The notes beneath the pieces are model-generated. The model was given only the letters and a program-made list of their open reading frames with translations. It was not told the origin of the DNA and did not search any database. 64,000 nt of DNA from Polyangiaceae bacterium (GTDB lineage Bacteria; Myxococcota_A; Polyangia; Polyangiales; Polyangiaceae). The position numbers were made by a program, and so were the translations under genes. Location of the stretch: the NCBI GenBank assembly GCA_044222475.1, contig JBGANF010000010.1:32001-96000 (forward strand), written 5' to 3'. Positions 1 through 9,534 of the stretch are shown in pieces (the stretch's first letter is position 1; every line of letters starts with the position of its first letter).

Positions 1-1
1 G

Positions 2-1834
2 ATGAACGAGGTCGGCAACCCGCACGGCAACGGGCTCGTCGACACGCACTTCATCATCCCCGAGCTCGTGCGAAACCTCCGCGTGGTCGAGGGACCGTAC
101 GCGCCGCAGCAGGGCAACTTCGCGGTCGCCGGATCGGCGCTGTACGACGTCGGGCTCGCCGAGCCGGGCTTCCGCGCGCAAGCGACCTACGGTTCGTTCA
201 ACACCGCGCGCCTCCTCGCGAGCTACCGCCCCGAAGGCTACTCCGAGCATACGTTCGCCGCCGGCGAGCTGCAGACGAGCGACGGCTTCGGCCAGAACCG
301 CGCATCGAACCGCGCGACCGCGATGGCGGGCTTCGAGGGCAAGCTCGGCGCGCACGGCTTCTTCCGCCTGCTCGCGACGTCGTATGCGACGCACTACCAG
401 CAGGCGGGCGTGCTCCGCCTCGACGACGTTCAGGCGGGGCGCGTCGGCTTCTACGACACGTACGACGCATCGCAGGCCGGCGACTCGTCGCGGCACTCGC
501 TCGGAGTGATCGTGGGCGACAAGATCAAGTCGCTCCGCTTCCAGCAGAGCGCCTTCGTCACCCTCCGCGACTTCCGTCTTCGCTCGAACCTGACCGGCTT
601 CCTGAACGATCCTCAGGAGACGTGGCAGACCCCTCACGGTCAGCGCGGCGACCTCGCGGACCAGCAGGCGAACACCGTGACGTTCGGCGGCCGCGGCAGC
701 GCCAGGCAGCAGTTCGAGGTGCAAGGCCTGAAGCAGGAGATCGAGCTCGGGTACCTCGCCCGCGTCGACGTCGTCGATGCCACCCAGCAGCGCGATCGCT
801 TCGGGACCATCACCCCGTATCGGACCGATCTCGACCTCGCGTCGACGCTCACGAACATCGGCGCCTACGTGGACCTCGGCCTCAAGCCCACCAAGTGGCT
901 CACCCTGCGCGGCGGCTTGCGCGCCGACTTCTTCCACTACCGGGTGAAGAACCGGTGCGCCATCACCAGCCAGAGCTCGCTCGGCAGCGACCCGCCCGAC
1001 ACCGAGTGCTTCTCGTCGGATCGAGCGGGGTACCGCGGCGCCGATCAAACGGCGTCGACGGCGTCGGGCATCCTCGAGCCGCGCGCGACCGTCCTGTTCG
1101 GCCCGTTCTCCGGCGTCACCCTGGCCGCGAGCGCCGGCACCGGCGCCCGCAGCCTCGATCCGCAGTACATCAACCAAGGGCTCGAGACCCCGTACGCGAA
1201 GATCGCGTCGTACGAAGGCGGCGCCACGTTCGTCCGCTCCGTCGGCCCGATCGATCTCAACCTGCGTTCGGCGTTCTTCGTCACCCACGTCGATCGCGAT
1301 CTCATCTTCAACGAGACCGAAGGCCGGGCGACTCTCGCCAACGGCACCACGCGCAGCGGATGGTCGGGCAGCGGCCGCGTCACCGGGAAGTTCTTCGACG
1401 TCGCTTCCAGCCTGACGTTGGTGCAGGCGAAGTTCGACGACACGGGGATGCGCGTCCCGTACGCGCCCGGTCTGGTCTTCCGCGCCGACGGCGCGCTCTT
1501 CGGCAGTCTGCCGATCAAGATCATGGGGCACGCGCTCTACGGCACGCTCGGTGTCGGCGTGTCGTACGTCGCGCCGCGCCCGCTGCCGCTCAGCGAGACG
1601 TCCGATCCGATCTTCCTCGTCGACGCCGGAGCGTCGCTGCGCTTCCGCTGGATCACGTTCGGCATCCAGTCCACGAACCTCTTCGGCAACGAGTACAAGT
1701 CTGCAGAATACAACTATGTCTCGGACTTCCGCAGCCAGGGCTACCCGACCCTCGTCGCGTCGCGCCACTTCATCGCCGGCGAGCCTCGTGGGGTCTTCGG
1801 CACGATCACCATCCAGCTCGGAGGAGGAACATGA
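2..1834 (+). CDS. TonB-dependent receptor (5' end outside window)
   Basis: Plug-region motif (IIPELVRNLRVVEGPYAPQQGNFAVAGS) followed by amphipathic beta-strands and a typical C-terminal NLFGNEY...GEPRGVFGTITIQL. Confidence 0.85.
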   Translation: MNEVGNPHGNGLVDTHFIIPELVRNLRVVEGPYAPQQGNFAVAGSALYDVGLAEPGFRAQATYGSFNTARLLASYRPEGYSEHTFAAGELQTSDGFGQNRASNRATAMAGFEGKLGAHGFFRLLATSYATHYQQAGVLRLDDVQAGRVGFYDTYDASQAGDSSRHSLGVIVGDKIKSLRFQQSAFVTLRDFRLRSNLTGFLNDPQETWQTPHGQRGDLADQQANTVTFGGRGSARQQFEVQGLKQEIELGYLARVDVVDATQQRDRFGTITPYRTDLDLASTLTNIGAYVDLGLKPTKWLTLRGGLRADFFHYRVKNRCAITSQSSLGSDPPDTECFSSDRAGYRGADQTASTASGILEPRATVLFGPFSGVTLAASAGTGARSLDPQYINQGLETPYAKIASYEGGATFVRSVGPIDLNLRSAFFVTHVDRDLIFNETEGRATLANGTTRSGWSGSGRVTGKFFDVASSLTLVQAKFDDTGMRVPYAPGLVFRADGALFGSLPIKIMGHALYGTLGVGVSYVAPRPLPLSETSDPIFLVDAGASLRFRWITFGIQSTNLFGNEYKSAEYNYVSDFRSQGYPTLVASRHFIAGEPRGVFGTITIQLGGGT

Positions 1835-2640
1835 GTCGACGTCGCGCGCTCGGCGTGGTCTTCGCCCTGGCTGCGGTCGCCGCCTTCGGCTGCGGAGCGA
1901 CGGGCAACAAGCGCTTCGCGTTCGAGGCGCGCGCTGCTGGCGCCCCGCGCACCGACGGCGCCGGGTCCGGTGCATTCACGTTCGACAACGAGACCGGCTG
2001 GTCGATCACGCTGCGGCGTGCGAACGTCACCCTCGGGCCCGTGTACCTGAACGTCATCGCGCCGCGCGAGTCGCGCCTCGAGTCCGGGCGGGTCGTCGGT
2101 GAGGTGCTCGGCCAGATCGCGTTCGATGCGCTCTCGCCGACCGAGGTCCCGTTCCCGACGCGAGGCACGATCACCGACGACGAGGTCCGCACGGTCGATC
2201 TCTGGTTCTACCCGCGAGCCGGCGTCGCCCCCGAGACCACGAAGATCGACACCGTCGCCCTCGACGTCGCCGGCGAGGCGACGAAGGGCGCGGACGACGT
2301 GCGGTTCCGGGGAACGCTCGTCCTCGACGACGCGTGGCTGCCGGCCGTGCAACCGGGCGAGCCCGGCGGACAGACGATCCTGGCGGTGCGCCAGGTACGA
2401 GGCATCCCTGCCGACTTCATCCCCACCGAGGGCGGCCACCTCACGCTTCGCTTCGACGTGAAGGCCTGCTTCCGCGGCGCCGATTTCGCGAGCCTCGCGC
2501 AGAACCCGGAGGACCCGGATGGGACGAAGATCTTGGTTCAGTCCAAGTCGGGCAAGTACCTCACCGATCAAGTCATGACCAACCTCTACGAGGGGATGCG
2601 CGCCCAGAACGGCACCTACTCGGTCACGTGGACGCGCTGA
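1831..2640 (+). CDS. Lipoprotein of unknown function, TonB-receptor operon
   Basis: ATG at 1831 overlaps the receptor stop (ATGA) after GGAGGA; signal peptide with lipobox AFGC. Confidence 0.75.
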   Translation: MSRRRALGVVFALAAVAAFGCGATGNKRFAFEARAAGAPRTDGAGSGAFTFDNETGWSITLRRANVTLGPVYLNVIAPRESRLESGRVVGEVLGQIAFDALSPTEVPFPTRGTITDDEVRTVDLWFYPRAGVAPETTKIDTVALDVAGEATKGADDVRFRGTLVLDDAWLPAVQPGEPGGQTILAVRQVRGIPADFIPTEGGHLTLRFDVKACFRGADFASLAQNPEDPDGTKILVQSKSGKYLTDQVMTNLYEGMRAQNGTYSVTWTR

Positions 2641-2650
2641 CGAAACGCCG

Positions 2651-3760
2651 ATGACACTCCGACCTCTCTTTGCCGTCGTCACCGCGCTCGCGATGTTCGT
2701 CGCGTGCAGCGACACGCCGTCCTCCGGCGGGTTCACCGTCACGGTCTCCGGTGAGGATCTCGCGGTCAACGGCTACCCGTTCAGCGAGGGCGCGAACGCG
2801 AACGACGATCCGCCCCCGTTCGTCGACGGTTGGGCCGTCGAGTTCACTCACGTGATCGTCACCGTCGCCAACGTTCGACTGAACGAGGATCCCGACCAGG
2901 ATCCCGGCGACCCGACGAAGCTCGGCCCGGTCGTGGGGACTCTCGCCGGCCCGTTCGCCGTCGACGTTCACCTCGGGGGGAGCGTCGTCGGCAAGAGCGG
3001 CTCGCCGGACGAGAAGACGATCGCCATCGGGTCGTTCGCCAAGAAGAGCGACGGCAGCGCGTTCGACCGGAACGCGCGCTACGCGTTCAGCTACGACCTC
3101 GTCACCGCCACGCCGAGCGCCACCCTCGTGAACTTGGACGCCGAAGGGAAGGCGCTCTACGCGAGCATGATCGCGAAGGGGCAATCCTCGTTGCTCGCGG
3201 GGACTGCCACCTACCGCGGACCGACGCCGACCGAAGCGGTGTTCGCGAAGATGCCACCGAGCGTGGTGTTCTCGCTCGGACTGAAGAACCCGTCGTCGTA
3301 CGTGAACTGCCGCAACACCGACCTGCAGGAGACCTCGGGCGATTTCCCGCGCGGAGTCCAAGCCACGCCGGGCGCCCCGACCGTGGCGCAGATCACGATC
3401 CACACCGATCATGCGTTCTGGAGCCGGCTCAACGTCGAGCGGAGCGAGCTCCACTTCGATCCGATCGCCGCCTCGGCGTCGACCTACGGCGCGGCACAGC
3501 CGACCGAGGGCGTCGTGACGATCGACGATCTCGCCGCCGTCGACGTCACTGGATTCCGGACGAAGGACGGGACTCCGCTCCCGGCGCGGAGCGTGGTGGA
3601 GGGCTGGACCGCGCCGGCCGGGCAGCTCCGCTTCGTCGCGAACGGGACGAGCTTCGCGGCGGTGAACAGCTACGCCTCGTACCTCTCGTACTCGGCCGCA
3701 GCCGGCGGGCACCTCAACGCGGACGGCGCGTGCGTCGTGCGAAACGCGTTCGCGCCGTGA
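2651..3760 (+). CDS. Lipoprotein of unknown function, TonB-receptor operon, possibly metal-binding
   Basis: Lipobox FVAC; His motifs HTDH, HFD and GHLN; 10 bp after the previous gene. Confidence 0.75.
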   Translation: MTLRPLFAVVTALAMFVACSDTPSSGGFTVTVSGEDLAVNGYPFSEGANANDDPPPFVDGWAVEFTHVIVTVANVRLNEDPDQDPGDPTKLGPVVGTLAGPFAVDVHLGGSVVGKSGSPDEKTIAIGSFAKKSDGSAFDRNARYAFSYDLVTATPSATLVNLDAEGKALYASMIAKGQSSLLAGTATYRGPTPTEAVFAKMPPSVVFSLGLKNPSSYVNCRNTDLQETSGDFPRGVQATPGAPTVAQITIHTDHAFWSRLNVERSELHFDPIAASASTYGAAQPTEGVVTIDDLAAVDVTGFRTKDGTPLPARSVVEGWTAPAGQLRFVANGTSFAAVNSYASYLSYSAAAGGHLNADGACVVRNAFAP

Positions 3761-3807
3761 TGGGCGCCCCGGACTTTGGTCCGGGGTGCCCAGCTCTCGA
3801 CGAATGG

Positions 3808-4548
3808 TCACGGAATCTCGGCGTGCAGGATCGCGATCGCGTCGAGGTCGAAGCCCACGTTGGTCGTCTTGTCCTTCGGGTTCGCCGGGCAGTCCCCGCC
3901 GCCCATGTCGCGGATGCGAACGAAGCGCGCGCGAGTGACGCCGAGATCGGCGAGATCGAACCCGTCGCCTCCGCACGCGGGGTAGTCGACCGGAGAGATG
4001 CCGTCGTCGGGTGACGAGTAGACCGGGTGCCAGCCGGCGCAGCTCCCGTAGGGCGCAGCGGTCGCGGTGCACGGGAAGGTGAACCACGTCTTGCCGTCCT
4101 CGCTCACGGAGACCTCGCCCGGCTCGGCGTAGATCAGGTCGGCGCCGTACTTGAACGCGTTCTCGAAGACGACGAAGTCGGGGCCCGGCGCGTCGACGAT
4201 CGCGTTCTTGCCGAACCCGAGGACGATGCTCCCGCCCTTGCCGAGCGATACCACATTGGTACTGCCCTGCATCTCGCCGAAGCCGACGGGCGGTCCCTGT
4301 ACCACCTTGGGCATCTGCGCGAGTCCGTACCCTGCGCAATCACCGGGAGCGAAGTCGACGACGTCGGTCGCGAACCGGTCGACGCGGATGCTGCCGGCAT
4401 CGGGGAGGGGGTAGCTCCCATCGAGAGCGTTCGCGGCGGCGTCACGATCGCCGGCGTCGTTCGCGGAGGTCGACGCGGGGTCACTGCATGCAGCGACGAG
4501 AAGAGGAACGGCGAAGAGGAGATGGGGCTTCAAGAGACCTCCGGTCAC
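3808..4548 (-). CDS. Cell-surface lipoprotein, putative cobalamin-binding (BtuH-like)
   Basis: Lipobox VAAC; motifs SLGKGGSIVLGF, DFVVFENAF, AEPGEVSVSEDG and GGDGFDL; directly downstream of a B12 riboswitch. True start may be TTG at 4533 (GGAGG upstream). Confidence 0.7.
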   Translation of the reverse strand: MTGGLLKPHLLFAVPLLVAACSDPASTSANDAGDRDAAANALDGSYPLPDAGSIRVDRFATDVVDFAPGDCAGYGLAQMPKVVQGPPVGFGEMQGSTNVVSLGKGGSIVLGFGKNAIVDAPGPDFVVFENAFKYGADLIYAEPGEVSVSEDGKTWFTFPCTATAAPYGSCAGWHPVYSSPDDGISPVDYPACGGDGFDLADLGVTRARFVRIRDMGGGDCPANPKDKTTNVGFDLDAIAILHAEIP

Positions 4549-4596
4549 GTGGCTCGCGTGACGGCTGGGGACGCCGAGCGCATCGCGCGCTTGGCA

Positions 4597-4700
4597 TCGA
4601 ACCGAGGTTTCCTGACTCCCGGGTTCACTTCCCGGTCACAGTGGCGGCACCGTCTCCGAATCGCACGGAGTTCCCCTTCGCTTCGACCGCTTCTTGGTAC
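4597..4700 (-). ncRNA. Cobalamin riboswitch, compact class-II-like
   Basis: Minus strand reads GGGAACTCCGTGCGATTCGGAGACGGTGCCGCCACTGTGA-CCGGG..CCCGGG-AGTCAGGAAACC: P4 T-loop, P5/L5, short P6 and B12 box; closing stem 4678-4686 pairs with 4597-4605. Confidence 0.85.
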
Positions 4701-4879
4701 ACCAACCGCGACCGGTTGTCGTCGCGCGCGAACGTTTTGGGCTCGGGACCCAAAACTGGGAGGTGGGGCCCCATCCGGGCTTCGCCCGGTGGGGCGGAGG
4801 GCAACGCCCTCCGTCGACGGGGGCGGCACCGTCTCCGAATCGCACGGAGTTCCCCTTCGCTTCGACCGCTTCTTGGTAC
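4643..4879. repeat. Exact 58-bp direct repeat (4643-4700 and 4822-4879)
   Basis: ggcggcaccgtctccgaatcgcacggagttccccttcgcttcgaccgcttcttggtac occurs twice, 121 bp apart. Confidence 0.95.
4734..4821. repeat. REP-like multi-hairpin element
   Basis: Consecutive palindromes gttttggg..cccaaaac, ccccatccgggcttcgcccggtgggg and cggagggcaacgccctccg. Confidence 0.6.
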
Positions 4880-4881
4880 CA

Positions 4882-5730
4882 CTACACGGCGTCCTTGGCC
4901 ATCACCGTCCAGTCGTCTCCCCCGTGGCCCTCGGCGATCAGCACGTCCATGCGCGCGGCAATCGCCGGCAGCACCGCGAGCGCCGTCCCCTTCGCCTGCG
5001 CCTCGTCGAGCATGATGCGCGCGTCCTTCCTCGCCATCGAGAGCTCCCACGACGGCTCGGCGAAGTTCCCGTCCAGCATGCGCTTCGCGCGCGCTCCGAT
5101 CGTGGCGCCCGGGTTGAAGTGCTCGAAGAGCGTGACCGCGTCCGCCGGGGGCACGCCGAGCGCCTTCGCGAGCGAGAGCATGTCGGCCAGGCCCGACGTG
5201 AGAAACATCAGGAACAGGTTTCCGAGGAGCTTGAACGACGCCGCTGCGTCGGGGCGCAGGCCGAGATCGACGAGCTTGCCCGTCATCGGCGCGACCATGG
5301 GGCGCACGCGCTCCACGAGCGCGCGATCGCCCGAGAGGAGCATGAGCCCGGTACCGTCGAGCGCGTTCGCCGGCCCCATGAACACCGGGGCGTGTACGTA
5401 GGTGACCCCGCGCGAGCGCCACCGATCCATGCGCGCGACGACGGTGCTGGCCGAGGTCGTCGTGTGATCGATCACGAGAGCGCCTTCGCCGAGGCCGGGC
5501 GCGGCCGCTTCGAGCACCGCGTCGACCGCCGCATCGTCCGAGAGCGTGAGGTGCACGCGCGCGGCGCCCCGCACGGCCGCGGCGGCGTCCGGAAACACGA
5601 CCGCACCGGTCGACGCGAGGGCTTGCGCCCGCGGCGGCGAGCGATTCCACACGTGCACATCTTCGCCGCGCTTGCGCAGCGCGCGAACGAAGCTCGAGCC
5701 CAAGAGACCCATGCCGAGAAATGCGATCAT
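4882..5730 (-). CDS. NAD(P)-dependent oxidoreductase, 3-hydroxyisobutyrate/6-phosphogluconate dehydrogenase family
   Basis: N-terminal IAFLGMGLLG Rossmann motif, VWNRS, HAPVFMG, FKLLGN and KDARI. Confidence 0.9.
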   Translation of the reverse strand: MIAFLGMGLLGSSFVRALRKRGEDVHVWNRSPPRAQALASTGAVVFPDAAAAVRGAARVHLTLSDDAAVDAVLEAAAPGLGEGALVIDHTTTSASTVVARMDRWRSRGVTYVHAPVFMGPANALDGTGLMLLSGDRALVERVRPMVAPMTGKLVDLGLRPDAAASFKLLGNLFLMFLTSGLADMLSLAKALGVPPADAVTLFEHFNPGATIGARAKRMLDGNFAEPSWELSMARKDARIMLDEAQAKGTALAVLPAIAARMDVLIAEGHGGDDWTVMAKDAV

Positions 5731-5789
5731 GCCGCTAGCCTAGGGCGAAACACCTGGAGGCTGCGGAAAAGGCGAAGTGCCAGGGCCTG

Positions 5790-6701
5790 CTAGTCGCGAC
5801 TACGAGGCGGCTGAAACGCGGCCGCTCGCAGGCGCACGTACCACGGTTGGTGCGGGTCGGAGCCCGGTGGGTGGGCTGCGGCCCAGCGCGCCTGGATCTC
5901 GGTCGGTGGGGGGCGCGCCGCGCGCGGGGCGAGCTTGTCGAGATCGATCCCGCTCGAGAGCGCGAAGGGCGCGATCGACTCGCTGTGGGACCGAAAGATC
6001 TGGTCGGGCGGGCCCGAGGCGACGATCTTGCCGCCGGCGAGGAGGACCACGCGATCGGAGATCTCGTACGCCGACACCATGTCGTGGGTGATCACGATGG
6101 ACGTGACGTAGAAGCGCTCTCGCATCTGCTCGATCAGTCCGTCGACGACCCGTGAGCTCACCGGATCGAGGCCCGACGTCGGCTCGTCGTACACCAGGAT
6201 CTCGGGCTCCATGACCATGGCCCTCGCGATGCTGACCCGCTTCGCCATCCCGCCGGAGAGCTGCGCCGGGAGGAGCTTCTCGGCGCCGTCGACCCCGAGC
6301 TCGTGGAGCGTCATCATCACGCGCTCGCGGATCGTCTTCGAGTCGAGGTTGGTCTCCTCCCTCAGGGGGAAGGCGACGTTGTCGAAGACCGAGAGCGAGT
6401 CGAGGAGAGCTCCTCGCTGGAACACCATCGCGAAGCGGCGGCGGAAGATGGCGAGCGCTTCGTCGCCCAGCGCCGCGAGATCGACGCCGTCGAGCAGGAT
6501 CTGCCCGCTCGTCACGCGGTCGAGCCCGATGATCAGGCGCGCGAGCGTCGACTTGCCGGAGCCCGAGCCGCCGATGACCGCGACGGTCTCGCCGCGGTCG
6601 ATCGTGAGATCGACGCCCGCGAGCACGGTCTTGTCACCGAAGCGCTTGACGAGGCCACGCACTTCGATGAGCGGCGGAGACGACACCGCATCATCATGCA
6701 C
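5790..6701 (-). CDS. ABC transporter ATP-binding protein, MlaF/Ttg2A-like
   Basis: Walker A GGSGSGKST, FQRGALLDSLSVFDNVAFPLRE, LSGGMAKRV, YDEPTSGLDP and ITHD. Confidence 0.9.
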   Translation of the reverse strand: MHDDAVSSPPLIEVRGLVKRFGDKTVLAGVDLTIDRGETVAVIGGSGSGKSTLARLIIGLDRVTSGQILLDGVDLAALGDEALAIFRRRFAMVFQRGALLDSLSVFDNVAFPLREETNLDSKTIRERVMMTLHELGVDGAEKLLPAQLSGGMAKRVSIARAMVMEPEILVYDEPTSGLDPVSSRVVDGLIEQMRERFYVTSIVITHDMVSAYEISDRVVLLAGGKIVASGPPDQIFRSHSESIAPFALSSGIDLDKLAPRAARPPPTEIQARWAAAHPPGSDPHQPWYVRLRAAAFQPPRSRD

Positions 6702-6764
6702 GTGGCAGGCTCGCAGAGCGAGCGGCGCGTGCCGCCTACCCCCCGACGTGCCGCCTCCCCCGGG

Positions 6765-7259
6765 CTAGTGTAGCTTCTTGTAGTACGAGCGCGCCTCTTC
6801 CAATCCCTCGCCGAGCGCGTGGAGCTGAACGCGAATCAGCTCCTTGACGTCGTTCGGGAGCGTGTCGAGCGGGAGCGACTCGAACGCCTTCGCGTACGCG
6901 GTGAGCGCGGCGTCCTCGCCTTGCACCCACTCCTCGACGACGATCTTCTCCTTCTTTCCCTCGACGGCGAGGCGGACGTTCAACCACCCGCGGTGGACCG
7001 CCCCGGCGAGGGTGCCCTGGTTCTCCGAGAAGGACCCGAGCTTCGCGATCGCGGCTTGGAGCGCCATCACGAACTCGGCGCGCTGCTTCGACTTGGCGAG
7101 GAAGAGCTCGCGGAGGTCGGGATCGCGCACGTCGGCTGCGGCGGCAGCGTAGCCGCGCTCACCATCGGTGCAGACCTCGATGCAGGTGTTGAGTGCGCGG
7201 ACGACGTCACGGGTCGGCGCGAGATCGGGACGAGCGGTGGTGGACGTGGGGTCGGTCAT
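6765..7259 (-). CDS. PA2169/DUF2383 family four-helix-bundle protein
   Basis: [30 protein letters not shown] and GEDAAL motifs; ATG at 7259 with GGGAG SD. Confidence 0.85.
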   Translation of the reverse strand: MTDPTSTTARPDLAPTRDVVRALNTCIEVCTDGERGYAAAAADVRDPDLRELFLAKSKQRAEFVMALQAAIAKLGSFSENQGTLAGAVHRGWLNVRLAVEGKKEKIVVEEWVQGEDAALTAYAKAFESLPLDTLPNDVKELIRVQLHALGEGLEEARSYYKKLH

Positions 7260-7281
7260 GGTGGGCTCCCGCGGGATCGGT

Positions 7282-7297
7282 TGCAGCACCGATGCCA
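7282..7297 (-). promoter_or_regulatory. Sigma54 -24/-12 promoter (PA2169-family gene)
   Basis: TGGCAT-CGGTG-CTGCA with GG-N10-GC spacing. Confidence 0.6.
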
Positions 7298-7407
7298 ACG
7301 GCGACGCCCGCGCTTCACGGGAAATGCGCTCGCGGCAGCGCGCACGTCCGTCGCCCCGGGCGCAACTCCTGCACGGTCGCGCGCGGCGCCAGGCGCACCA
7401 TCCCGGA

Positions 7408-7423
7408 TGGCACACCCATTGCT
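7408..7423 (+). promoter_or_regulatory. Sigma54 -24/-12 promoter (groEL)
   Basis: TGGCAC-ACCCA-TTGCT, consensus match. Confidence 0.75.
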
Positions 7424-7434
7424 CGACGAGCGTC

Positions 7435-9054
7435 ATGGCTCACAAGCACCTCCTGTTTCACGCCTCTGCGCGCGAGAAGATCCTTCGCGGAGCCACCGCG
7501 CTCGCGGACGCCGTACGGGTCACGCTCGGTCCCAAATCGAAGAGCGTCCTCATCGGAAAGAAGTGGGGATCGCCGCACGTGTGCAACGACGGCGTGACGA
7601 TCGCCAAGGAGCTCGATCTCCCCGACGCGGAGGAGAACCTCGGCGTCCAGGTGATCCGTCAAGCCGCGGAGCGGACCGGCGACGCGGTCGGCGATGGGAC
7701 GACGACGTCGACGCTCCTCGCGCATGCGACCTACGCGGAGGGCTTGCGCAACGTCGCTGCTGGCGCGAGCGCGATCGACATCAAGCGCGGCCTCGATCGC
7801 GGTCTCGGCATCGCCGTCGCGGCGGTGAAGTCGATGTCGCGCGCGGTCCAGAGCAAGAAGGAAAAGGTGCAGATTGCAACCATCTCGGCCCACAACGATC
7901 CGCTCATCGGCGAGCTGGTCGGCGACGCGGTCGAGAAGGTCGGCACCGACGGCGTGATCACGGTCGAGGAGGCCAAAGGCACCGAGACCGCGGTCGAGGT
8001 CGTGCAGGGGATGCAGTTCGACCGCGGCTACCTCTCGCCGTATTTCGTCACCGACCCCGAGCGGATGGAGTGCGTCCTCCACGACCCGCTCGTCCTGATC
8101 CACGAGAAGCGCATCGGCTCGATGAAGGATCTGCTCCCCGTGCTCGAGCAGGTCGCCAAGGAGGGTCGCTCGCTGCTGCTCATCGCCGAGGAGGTCGAAG
8201 GCGAGGCACTCGCGACGCTCGTCGTGAACAAGCTCCGTGGCACCCTGGCGTGCGTCGCCGTGAAGGCGCCGGGGTTCGGCGACCGGAGGCGCGCGATGCT
8301 CGACGACGTCGCGCTCCTCACCGGCGGCCAGGTCGTCGCGGAGGAGACCGGGACCAGGCTCGACAGCGTGGGCCCGGCACAGCTCGGGCGAGCGAGCCGC
8401 GTCGTCGTCACCCAGGACACGACGACGATCATCGGTGGCAGCGGCGACAAGCGAGCGATCGATGGCCGGGTGGAGCTCCTCCGACGCCAGATCAAGGAGA
8501 GCAAGAGCGACTACGATCGCGAGAAGCTCCAAGAGCGACTCGCCAAGCTCGTCGGCGGCGTCGCGGTCGTCCGCGTCGGCGCGCCCTCCGAGGCCGAGCT
8601 GAAGTCGCGCAAGGAGGCGTTCGAGGACGCGATCGCGGCGACCAAGGCAGCCGTGGCCGAGGGGATCGTGCCGGGGGCGGGCCTGTCTCTCATCCGCGCC
8701 AGCGATGCGCTCGCCGCGGAGGAGGCCAAGTGCGAGGGCGACGAGCGCAGCGGCGTCCGCATCCTGCGGCAGGCGCTCGAGATCCCGGTGCGACAGATCG
8801 CGCTGAACTCGGGCTTCGACCCGGGCGTCGTCGTCGATCGGATGCGCAACGGGAAGGGCAACTACGGGTTCGACGCCGCGAAGGGGACGTACGTCGACCT
8901 CGTCGAGTCGGGGATCATCGATCCGACGAAGGTCGTGCGTGTCGCGCTCGAGAACGCGGTCTCCGTGGCGAGCATCCTGCTGCTGACCGAGGCGACGATG
9001 ACCGACCTGCCCGAGCCTCAGTCGAAGACGCAGCCCCCGACCGAGCTGGAGTGA
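7435..9054 (+). CDS. groEL: Chaperonin GroEL paralog
   Basis: [46 protein letters not shown] and GIIDPTKV; no GGM tail. Confidence 0.97.
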   Translation: MAHKHLLFHASAREKILRGATALADAVRVTLGPKSKSVLIGKKWGSPHVCNDGVTIAKELDLPDAEENLGVQVIRQAAERTGDAVGDGTTTSTLLAHATYAEGLRNVAAGASAIDIKRGLDRGLGIAVAAVKSMSRAVQSKKEKVQIATISAHNDPLIGELVGDAVEKVGTDGVITVEEAKGTETAVEVVQGMQFDRGYLSPYFVTDPERMECVLHDPLVLIHEKRIGSMKDLLPVLEQVAKEGRSLLLIAEEVEGEALATLVVNKLRGTLACVAVKAPGFGDRRRAMLDDVALLTGGQVVAEETGTRLDSVGPAQLGRASRVVVTQDTTTIIGGSGDKRAIDGRVELLRRQIKESKSDYDREKLQERLAKLVGGVAVVRVGAPSEAELKSRKEAFEDAIAATKAAVAEGIVPGAGLSLIRASDALAAEEAKCEGDERSGVRILRQALEIPVRQIALNSGFDPGVVVDRMRNGKGNYGFDAAKGTYVDLVESGIIDPTKVVRVALENAVSVASILLLTEATMTDLPEPQSKTQPPTELE

Positions 9055-9060
9055 TCGAGC

Positions 9061-9534
9061 TCAGCCGCATGCGTTGCAGCGCCCGGTGAGCTGGACCGCG
9101 ACCCTTTGCGAGGTCACGGCCTTGGGCGCTTGCTCACTGGCCGTGATCCGAACGGCCACGCCTGGGAGGCACGACACGACGCCACAGTCGGTGCACACGA
9201 AGTGGGGATGCTCGACGACGTGTCCCCCTGCCCGCTTCAGCTCGAAGCGCCACACGTGGTCGCCGAGATCGGTTCGGGCGACGAGCCCCGACTCTGCGAG
9301 GTCGACGAGGTTCCGATACAGGGTCGCGCGATCGAAGCCTTCGCCCGCGAGAGCCTCGAAGAGCTCGGCGTGACTGACCGGCGTCCCGAGGTCCGTGAGG
9401 AAGCGGAGCACGGCGATCCGTGGTGCCGTGCTTCGGAGGCCGGCGTTCCGCAGGATCGCCTGAAGATCGCCGACGCTGCCGACACCGGCGCTCCCGAGCG
9501 TCTTCGCCTTGACCTTCGCCTTCGCTGCTACCAC
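9061..9534 (-). CDS. Fur-family transcriptional regulator
   Basis: GLRSTAPRIAVL, RATLYRNL, HPHFVCTDCG and C-terminal CNAC. Confidence 0.9.
   Translation of the reverse strand: MVAAKAKVKAKTLGSAGVGSVGDLQAILRNAGLRSTAPRIAVLRFLTDLGTPVSHAELFEALAGEGFDRATLYRNLVDLAESGLVARTDLGDHVWRFELKRAGGHVVEHPHFVCTDCGVVSCLPGVAVRITASEQAPKAVTSQRVAVQLTGRCNACG

Noticed and set aside
4643..4879. Possible CRISPR or att-site reading of the 58-bp direct repeat
   Set aside because: Only two copies, the repeat is riboswitch sequence, and no cas or integrase gene is in the window.
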